NCBI GenBank assembly: GCA_051453625.1
Contig: JBOZIK010000001.1
Span: 16,223,703-16,243,702 of the forward strand
Reading direction: 5' to 3'
Origin: Welwitschia mirabilis
Taxonomy: Eukaryota
DNA: 20,000 bases
Position 1 is the first letter of the stretch. Every line of letters begins with the position of its first letter. Positions 10,922 to 20,000 of the stretch are shown here, piece after piece. The notes below the pieces were generated by a model. That model had not been told where the DNA came from, ran no database searches, and saw only the letters and a program-made list of their open reading frames with translations. Made by a program: the position numbers and the translations under genes.

Positions 10922-12119
10922 ATGAGTTTTATTGTAGAAGATTTATCTATTTCTAGGCCTCCACTATTTGATTTAATATTCTTAAGATCTCTTGATATAG
11001 ATTATAAGTATATTTTGATCACAGGTTATATCCATCCTACCACAACTTAAAAGGATATCAATGGAAATTCTATAGTAGTGTTAAAACAAAAAAATAAATG
11101 GACTAAGTTAGATAAAGATAATTCCACTATTAATGCTTATGTTTTAAATGTAATTTTTTATGCTATGAATGAAGATGAGTTCAAGAGAATAGTAAACTGC
11201 CAAAGAAGCATGGGATATTCTTACTGTTACTCATAAAGAAACATCCACTGTCAAGCAAGTAAAGATGTAGATGTTGTTTATAAAATTTGAAAAGATTAAG
11301 AAGGATGAGAAAGATACACTTCAGGAATTCTTTACCAACCTAATAGACATTACAAAATCAATGGAAAATATTGGAAATAAGATGGAGGAAGCCAAGATAG
11401 TAAGGAAGGTCTTAAGGTCCATTCCTAAAAGATTTGAACCAAAGGTGACTGCAATTAAAGAAAGTAAAGATCTTAGCAAGATGCCACTAAATGAAATACA
11501 AGGTAACCTTCAAACGTATGAGTTAAATTTTTTTTAAGAATAGAAAGAAGAGATTTTCTTTTAATAATATGCAGAAAAAAATCTCAAATAAAGAACCTGA
11601 AGAACATGGGATATTATCATTTATGGCACTTGTGAATCTCTCTACTCAATCACCAAAACTCCTTGAGCATGATGATTTGGATATGAGTGAAGATAAAGAA
11701 GAGGAGGATGTTAAAGAAGCATGTCTTGAACTATATCAAGAATGTGAAAGGCTTGCTATAAAAGTGAATGAATTGAACATTATCATAAAGAATTTGAAAA
11801 AGGAGAATAAAGCCATAAATCAAAGAGACAAAGAGGTTCAAGAAGAAAATACAAGTCTCATGGAGACATTAAGCCAATATTTACAATTCTTGAGTAGATT
11901 TATAGAAGGATCAAAAAAGCTTAAAAAGATGCTTGGATTGGGAAAACTTGCACATGACAAAAGGGGTATTGGATTTGAAGGCAATGGTACGTCTACTTCA
12001 TCAAGTAAGTTAAGTATTACAGGTATAACATCTCTTATCAAAAATATCACTTGTCATTACTATTACAAATTTGGTCATTTAAAATTTAACTGTTCATATA
12101 GAAAAAGTATGTATTTTGA
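10922..12119 (+). pseudogene. gag: Sirevirus gag pseudogene, copy 1
   Basis: MSFIVEDLSISRPPLFD start; EAWDILTVTH; KIVRKVLRSIPKRFEPKVTAIKESKDLSKMPLNEIQGNLQTYE (UBN2-type); coiled-coil region; DKRGIGF; knuckle CHYYYKFGHLKFNC. Stops and frameshifts present. Confidence 0.9.
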
Positions 12120-12490
12120 NNNNNNNNNNNNNNNNNNNNNNNNNNNNNNNNNNNNNNNNNNNNNNNNNNNNNNNNNNNNNNNNNNNNNNNNNNNNNNNNN
12201 NNNNNNNNNNNNNNNNNNNNNNNNNNNNNNNNNNNNNNNNNNNNNNNNNNNNNNNNNNNNNNNNNNNNNNNNNNNNNNNNNNNNNNNNNNNNNNNNNNNN
12301 NNNNNNNNNNNNNNNNNNNNNNNNNNNNNNNNNNNNNNNNNNNNNNNNNNNNNNNNNNNNNNNNNNNNNNNNNNNNNNNNNNNNNNNNNNNNNNNNNNNN
12401 NNNNNNNNNNNNNNNNNNNNNNNNNNNNNNNNNNNNNNNNNNNNNNNNNNNNNNNNNNNNNNNNNNNNNNNNNNNNNNNNNNNNNNNNNN

Positions 12491-13332
12491 AGAAAAGATA
12501 AAGGAATTCAAAATAGTAAGAAAGACCTTAAGATCCCTTTCTAAGAGATTTGAATCAAAGATAACTAGAATTAAAGAAAGTAAAGATCTCAGCAAGATGC
12601 CACTAGACAAACTATAAGGTAACCTTCAAACTTATGAGTTGAAATTTTTTAAGAGAAAGAAGAGCTTTTCTTTTAAAAGTATGCAGGAAGAAAGCTCAGA
12701 TGAAGAACCTAAAAAAATGGAATATTATCATTCATGACACTTGTGAATCCCACTAATCAATCACTAAAACTCCTTGAGCATGATGATTTGGACATGAGTG
12801 AAGATAAAGAAGAGGAGAATGTTGAAGATACATGCCTTGAATTATATCAAGAATGTGAAAGATTGCTATAAAAGTGAATGAACTACACATTATAATTAGG
12901 AATTTGAAAAAGGAGAATGAAGCCACAAGTCAAAGATACAAAGAGATTCAAGAAGAAAATACAAGTCTCATGGAGAAGTTAAGATAATATTTACAAGTCT
13001 TAAGTAGATTTATAAAAGGATCAAAGAAGCATGAGAAGAAGCTTGGATTGGGACAACTTGCACATGATAACAGGGGTATTATATTTGAAGGCAATAGTAC
13101 ATTAACTTTATCCAGTGAGGTAAGTATTATAGGTAATACATCTCTTACCAGAAATATCATTTGTCATTATTCTTGCAAACTTCATCATTCAAAATTTAAT
13201 TGTCCATATAGAAAAAGTATGTATTTTGTAAATATTAATGCATTATCATTTAAATTTATTCTCAAACAAGTCTCTACCCAAGAGTCAAGAAAATTTATAT
13301 GGGTAAAATCAAAGAATTTAGAATCATTTTGA
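12491..13332 (+). pseudogene. gag: Sirevirus gag pseudogene, second diverged partial copy
   Basis: Collinear with ~11375-12118; ends CHYSCKLHHSKFNCPYRK...RKFIWVKSKNLESF*; no protease follows. Confidence 0.88.
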
Positions 13333-14391
13333 TCCAACAAAATTTCAAATTTAGTAGTAGGTCATTATTTTAATTAATTATTGTTTATCACATTATTTTT
13401 ACCCGATCTTCAATTGTTGTAATATGATGTGCTTCTTGGAATCATTTAAATCATTATTAATTTTGCATCCTAATGGTAATTTATTATGAATATCTATCTA
13501 CAAACTTTGGTTATTCTAATGTTTTACTTTATAATTAAATCTCATAGTCATGAACATAGCATCAGTTGGTATTCTTTTGGAAATTATAAATTATCCTCCG
13601 ATTTACATATGAGCTTTGGAAACTTTATCATGATTATTATTTCTATATATAGCATAAGGCTAGGAGGAGAAAATATGATTTTTTCATTACACATCTAAGG
13701 ATTTATACCTCTTTATCTCTATTTTCTTATTTTTTTGCCATTAATGTCAAAGGGGGAGAGAATATGGTGTTTTAGAAATATTTATTCCTTAGAAGAAAAT
13801 ACATCCTTTACTTAATATTGTTTATATGGCTTTGTAAAAGGAGAAGCTTTTATTAAGTTAATATGTCTTATTAGAAAAGAGATTAAAGATGAAATATTTC
13901 TTTGATCTTAAAACCAGTTATTTGGTTTCCANNNNNNNNNNNNNNNNNNNNNNNNNNNNNNNNNNNNNNNNNNNNNNNNNNNNNNNNNNNNNNNNNNNNN
14001 NNNNNNNNNNNNNNNNNNNNNNNNNNNNNNNTTCATTTTCTTTTGGAAATTATGAATTAAAATTTATCACCTCATACCTGCTTTGAAACTTTGTCATGAT
14101 TATTATTTTTATATATGGCATAAAGTTAGGGGAAGAAAATATGATATTTTTCACTACATGTCTAAGGCTTATAGCTTTTTATCTCTCTTTCTTTATTTTT
14201 TGTCAATTATGTCAAAAGGGGAGAAAATATGGTGTTTTCAGAAATATTTGTTGTGCCCTTTACTTAATATTGTTTATATGGCTTTGTGAAAGAAGGATAT
14301 TTTATTATGTTAATCTGCCTTGCTAGAAAGAGCTTAAAGATGAAATATTTATTTGATCTTGAAAATCACTTATTTGTTTGACATCAATGTC

Positions 14392-14403
14392 AAAGGGGGA
14401 GAT
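14392..14403 (+). other. Polypurine tract AAAGGGGGAGAT
   Basis: Abuts the 3' LTR start TGTTAGG. Further PPT-like copies at ~13661, ~13749, ~14128 and ~14214. Preceded by the inverted repeat TTTGACAT-CA-ATGTCAAA. Confidence 0.9.
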
Positions 14404-14867
14404 TGTTAGGATTTTATTTTACTAATTGATGTAAAACTAATATGATTTTTGTAGAATGAAATGTGATTTTACATATGTAAGAAACTATAGGATCTATATC
14501 CAAAAGACAGTAAGATTTAAACATTTTCTAATTAAGTTTACTCCATGTGGGGTTGCCCTAACATTTCTGTAAGGGTAACTGGACTTGTAAGGGCTACCCA
14601 ACATTTCTATAAGAGTGATCTAATAAGCAAACTATCAAATCTAAGCCAAGCAAGGGTGACCTAACATTTCTGTAAGGGCGACCGGACATGTAAGGGGTCA
14701 ACCTAATATTTCTGTAAGGGTAACTAGACCTATAAGGGCTATCTAACATTTTTGTAAGGGATACCTAATGAGAAGACTATCAAAACTAAGCCAAGCAAGG
14801 GCGACTTAATATTTCTATAAGGGTAACTAGATCTTAGGTCAACTGGATGTTTTAAGGGGTCAACTAG
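14404..14867 (+). repeat. 3' LTR of the Sirevirus, interrupted after 464 bp
   Basis: Aligns to 9684-~10140 (9 differences in the first ~106 nt by hand count), then switches to TGTTATG at 14868. Confidence 0.9.
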
Positions 14868-15953
14868 TGTTATGCTACCAACTTATATATATTTGATAGG
14901 ATTTTTTGAGTTATTTTCCATGTAAATTAGCAAGTAAATGTTTGGTTTTCATGATAATGAAGAATCAGGATTAAAAAAATGAAAATATATAATTTCTTAG
15001 ATAAATTACAAGAATTCTGAGTGAATATGAATAATCAGTATTTTGGATGATAATTTTCTACAAACAACAAGGCTAATGCATTAATGGAAGATTCATTGAA
15101 AGGCCATCGTCCACCTAATTATCCAGATCACATGACAGATAACCATGCCTCTGCATGATGACAGGTCTAATGGGTAGTCAAACTATAGAAGATGAGGATT
15201 TAACTATGAGTTGGCATCATCTCTTTTATCGTCTAGATGACTGACCAGATGACACTGATTGTAATGCCCACACTGAATGTTCACTTAAACTTTTATCACC
15301 TATTCTAATTTCTCTCTGTATGGTGGTTAGGGTTTTTCCCATGCCTTTCTGTCAGTTTTATTTCATGTTTTGAGTCAATTAATAGATATCTCCCCCTTAA
15401 CTTCTAATCATCTTTAATTATACCCAACATACTCATGACAGGAGATTGAGGGACTAGAGAACTATACTATAATTTTAGAGAGATATTTCCTTGGTATTAG
15501 GTGGCATTTCCTTCATTTAGGTGTGTCTACTTTGTAATACGGATGTGGTGTAAATTTGAATATAAACATTTTACTTTGATAAATGATCTTCTCCCTCATA
15601 GTTTATGTTGCTTGAGATTTAATGACAGCTTCTCTTATGATATAGATTATGAGGATAACCTTTATCAAGGTTACACTTGATTAGTTTAAGTACATTATTA
15701 TTTTCTTTCCTAAATTATTCTTGTATAAGTGTGTTTTATTTCCTTTCCATGAATTACAAGTTATTTCTATAGGTTAGGGTTATAGTATTTTTCATCTTAA
15801 AAGCAACTCTTTTATTTTCATATTTTGGCCTTTAATGGATTATGACATTTGGGTTATTTCTATCTATATTAGTGTGTTTTATTTGTGCATATTATTTGTA
15901 GTTAATAGGATTCTAATTAGGATGTAAACATTACATAAATACACACCGCAACA
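14868..15953 (+). repeat. Complete Athila-type LTR (1086 bp)
   Basis: TGTT...AACA termini (TGTTATGC / CCGCAACA). The last 68 nt match 16404-16471, which is followed by a PBS. Confidence 0.8.
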
Positions 15954-16474
15954 TCAGGTATTNNNNNNNNNNNNNNNNNNNNNNNNNNNNNNNNNNNNNN
16001 NNNNNNNNNNNNNNNNNNNNNNNNNNNNNNNNNNNNNNNNNNNNNNNNNNNNNNNNNNNNNNNNNNNNNNNNNNNNNNNNNNNNNNNNNNNNNNNNNNNN
16101 NNNNNNNNNNNNNNNNNNNNNNNNNNNNNNNNNNNNNNNNNNNNNNNNNNNNNNNNNNNNNNNNNNNNNNNNNNNNNNNNNNNNNNNNNNNNNNNNNNNN
16201 NNNNNNNNNNNNNNNNNNNNNNNNNNNNNNNNNNNNNNNNNNNNNNNNNNNNNNNNNNNNNNNNNNNNNNNNNNNNNNNNNNNNNNNNNNNNNNNNNNNN
16301 NNNNNNNNNNNNNNNNNNNNNNNNNNNNNNNNNNNNNNNNNNNNNNNNNNNNNNNNNNNNNNNNNNNNNNNNNNNNNNNNNNNNNNNNNNNNNNNNNNNN
16401 NNNTGCATATTATTTGTAGTTAATAGGATTCTAATTAGGATGTAAACATTACATAAATATGCACCACAACATCT

Positions 16475-16492
16475 TGGCACCATTATCGAGGA
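16475..16492 (+). other. Primer binding site, tRNA-Asp (Athila type)
   Basis: TGGCACCATTATCGAGGA vs TGGCGCCGTTGCCGGGGA; all mismatches are transitions. Confidence 0.85.
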
Positions 16493-17131
16493 GGGTTGCT
16501 TAAAGTTTGAGAGTTATTGTTACTTTGGTAAGTATTTCGGTTAAGAAGCTTGCTACAGCGGTAGTGTAATAGTACTTGCAGTAGCATAGGTCTTTCATTT
16601 TTATAGAGTTAATTTTTTGTTTTTCAAATTAAAGTCTATTTTTTTGTTCTACAATAAAAGTGCGTCATCTACATTATTATTCAGATGACCACAACAATGA
16701 TGACCTTTATGTCATAAGATTTTTGTTTTAGTTTTTTTGTTAAATTTTTATAGTGTTAGTACCTTTGTTTCCTCTATTTTCTAGATGGCACAGGTGGACA
16801 ATAGTCTGTTTTCTGAGTTTTCCTGTTAAAAAGTCAATTTTTTATTTCTGTTTTTTTCTTTTTCTTTTCTTGTGGTTTCTATGTTTCTGTCAACTAGGAT
16901 ATCATCTAGAAGATGCACGAGATGATAATTTTATAGATGTGAAACAAACTATGAATGGTTAAGTCTTTTGAAAAGGAAAAATACTAGAGAGAGCAGCTAT
17001 TGATTGCTGAAAACATCAAAAAACGTGTGATAAATCTTGAACTAGAAATAGGTTAAAACAGCGAAGGTATGCAATATTTTGAATTTCCTGTAATTTCCAC
17101 TTTTAGTTCTATAGAGTCTAATTTTTCTACC

Positions 17132-20000
17132 ATGTTGACTTTAAAATAAAAACTTAAACAACATATCTCTCCAAATCCACCCCTTATCATTGAAACCCCT
17201 ACTTCCACTCCTTCTCAATCCAATACTCATGTTACTTTGAGAGATCTTATAGCAAACAAAAAACATGAAATTCAAACTCCTTTTAACTTACCTCTAAGTA
17301 ATGAGGTAGAACTTTAAAACTTATATGTTTATCCTATCTTTAGTGGAGAATCCGATACAGATCCATTACAACACATCGCTGACATTGAACAACTTGTCAT
17401 TACTTCTGGAAACAATAAAAAATAAATCAGTGATAAGACTTACATAGTTATCTTTCCCATCATCTTAAGAGATAAAGCAAAAATTTGGCTTAGAATGATT
17501 CCACATAAAAGCCTTAAATCTTGGACTTAAGTTTAAGAAGCCCTCATAAATAGATTAATGAGTGAAAATACCATCCAAAAATATAAAAAAGAAGTCACAA
17601 ACTTCTAACAGTTATCTAATGAAGACTATGCCTCTGCCTATAAGCAATTCTCTGTTGCCTTACATTCAAACCCTGTAGATGCCTTTTCAGAGGTAGAGTT
17701 AGTTAACTATTTTTACAGTGGGTTAAATAGTCATACCAAATAACTTGTAGATTTTTCTTGTGGAGGTAACCTGTTAAACCAAACCCTAAAACATGCTTGG
17801 AATGTACTAGAAGATTTAGTGGAAGTAAGTCAAACTAGATCTAAACCCTCCTTTGGAGAAAATCAAATAGTAGGCTAAATCATTAAGGACCCAAAAGAAG
17901 TCAAACCTGAGAAAAATAAAACCAAAATAGAAAATAAACCAACTAGAATCATTAAGGATTTCACTTCTACCTTAGAGAAATATATCTAAATGATCCTTGA
18001 TTCTAAAGTAGCAACCAAGAAGAGTGAAGTTATTGTTTCAACATGCAATTTGTGTGAAGATAATTAAGTATCATAAATGATTTCCCTTTACTTCCTACTT
18101 ACAAAGAGAAAATCTATGAGGAAATTTATTCCTTTAACCAAAAATCTTACAACTACATGCAAAACCAAAACCAAAGACAAGTTTAAAATCACAACTTTCA
18201 AAATAAGATGAGTGAGCAACTAATTCCTAAAATTTTTTAAACACATCATCCTAACTTCTAACCTTTTAAAAATAGGTTTGAACATTAAAACTTTTAATAT
18301 AACAATCTAAACAACTTAACAAAACCTTTCAACTCCCAAAACCATAGTGATCCTCTTAGGAATTCCATTAAGGAGCTAAGAAAAATTCAAGATAAAATAA
18401 ATTCAAATATAGAAAATCTTGTAAGTATTTTACAACAAAACATGCTTATCAATTAAAGACCATAAGGGATTCTTGCCACTCAATCTTTACTAAACCATAA
18501 TTAAGTAAGAAAAGATTTTAATGTGATGATAAGAAGTGGAAATAACATAACTATTCCTACCCATGAGGCTTTAACTTCCCAAAGTGACAAAAATAATAAG
18601 AAATAGGACATAGAAATCCTAGAAAACCATTCCTTCCCTTCTTCCCTTAACAACAAAAAGAAAGATCTTTTACAAAAGAAACCTTCCATTCCATGGCTTG
18701 ATAAGCTAAACACAAACCCCATCTTTAATGACCATTTGAAAGCCTTAATGCAAAATGTAAGCATCAACTTATCTTTTTGGAAAATTTTGCAAGAGAATCC
18801 AAGATATTCTAAAATATGAAAGACCTAATAAAAAGGAAACAAAAATGAGTGATTCTTAGTAAAGTCTTCCTAGCTCAATCCATTAGTAACTTAGTTTACA
18901 AAAAATATTCAAAGTTTAAAGATTCAGGGATAACAACCATTAGTGTTACTTTAGAGGTAAACCATAGAATTAAAAAAGTCTTAACTTTTCAACGTCTTGG
19001 GTTGGAAAAAAGAGTAGAACCTACATGCATTATCTTGGAGTTATTCGATACATCTGTAATAAAACCATTAGGTGTGATCAAGGACTTAGTCATTCAGATA
19101 GAGAAAGCCTTCTACCCCATTGATGTAGTTTTTTTAGAAGTTAAGTACCATAGTGGATATTCCATATTTCTACGTAGAGCTTTTTATACAATAACCCAAT
19201 ACATAATAGACACAAGAATAGGATTGATGAAGTGTTATTTTGGAAATAAATAATTTTCAATAAAAGTGTTTGATATGGCTAAAAAATATTAGGCAATGAT
19301 TTGAGTTTGGAGAAAGAAATAAAACCAACCCTATTTTTATAACACCATCCTCTTAAAGAGAGATGGTCCATGCTTCATGAGCCAACCCTATTTGGCTATA
19401 AAACAGAAGTAGGCTACCTTTATGTGCTTAATGATCAACTTGAGTTTGACCATCTTCTAACTAAGTTTTCTGATCTAAGGAGTAGTAAGTCTGACTCTGT
19501 AAACTTTTTTGAAATTTGAGAAACTAAAAACCCTGAGAATTATTGTTTTAAGGTTTGTCATCCACTACTGATATTTGGATGACAGTCTAAGATGACAGTC
19601 AACGTTTCTGAAAATTTTTCAAAAACCAAAAGTCTAAACCTAAACCTGAACCTGAGACCTTTAAACAGTGGACTAAAGTACATTTTTCTTAGCAAAAATC
19701 TAAATAAACCATTGATTATCAATAAAAACCTTTCACCTCAACAAGAATCTGATCTCATTTCTCTCTTTAAACTAAAGGTTCATGTATTTGTTTGGTCCCA
19801 TAATGATCTATTAGCCATACCCACTTTCATTATGCAACACAAAATCTACCTTAAAGAAAATTTTAACATTGTAAGGCAACCCCAATGTAGACTTAATCCA
19901 CCCCTAAAGCAAATTATAAAATGAAATCATAAAACTTATGGATGCTAAAATCATTTACTCCATTACTGATAGTGAGTGGGTTAGCCCCTTGACAGTAGTA
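17132..20000 (+). pseudogene. gag-pol: Athila-type gag-pol pseudogene (gag, protease, RT N-terminus)
   Basis: gag YPIFSGESDTDPLQHI...IFPIILRDKAKIWL...SLKSW...FYSGLN...VDFSCGGNLL; protease KFKDSG...RLGL...KPLGVIKDLVIQIEKAFYPIDVVFLE; LRPLNSGLKYIFL...QHKIYL...RQPQCRLNP; IIYSITDSEWVSPLTVV at the window end. Confidence 0.92.

Larger units (their letters stand above)
9684..14867 (+). mobile_element. Ty1/Copia Sirevirus (SIRE lineage), gag-only non-autonomous element
   Basis: LTRs 9684-10851 and 14404-14867 (interrupted), C-rich LTR end, tRNA-iMet PBS, UBN2-type gag, multiple AGGGGGAG-like PPTs. Confidence 0.9.
16404..20000 (+). mobile_element. Ty3/Gypsy Athila-type retrotransposon: LTR end, PBS, leader, gag-PR-RT start (continues beyond window)
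   Basis: LTR end CAACA at 16471, PBS at 16475, gag/protease/RT motifs in Gypsy order. Confidence 0.9.

Noticed and set aside
11838..13160. Paired 70-aa antisense ORFs
   Set aside because: Shadows of the duplicated gag frame.
13486..14326. Short hydrophobic ORFs as a Sirevirus env-like gene
   Set aside because: Under 80 aa, T-rich, overlapping the PPT region and not conserved in frame between the two duplicates.

Overview
AT-rich plant nuclear DNA from a gapped scaffold (N runs at 2292-3253, 12120-12490, 13932-14031, 15963-16403). A short CpG-retaining, gene-like island (~660-2200) carries a small minus-strand ORF with two DSxS[DE]LFDL motifs. The rest is a nested stack of decayed LTR retrotransposons. 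(1) A minus-strand Ty3/Gypsy Tat/Ogre-type element (3595-~8822) with LTRs, tRNA-Arg-like PBS, gag and partial protease but no visible RT/RH/INT. (2) An Athila-like LTR fragment (~8825-9683). (3) A plus-strand Ty1/Copia Sirevirus (9684-14867) with all cis signals but gag only. (4) An Athila-type Ty3/Gypsy element (14868-end) with LTR, tRNA-Asp PBS, gag, protease and RT start. All TE ORFs are pseudogenised, largely by C>T/G>A decay. No intact host gene, RNA gene or CRISPR array is supportable. Domain calls come from manual translation and recalled family motifs, not database searches.
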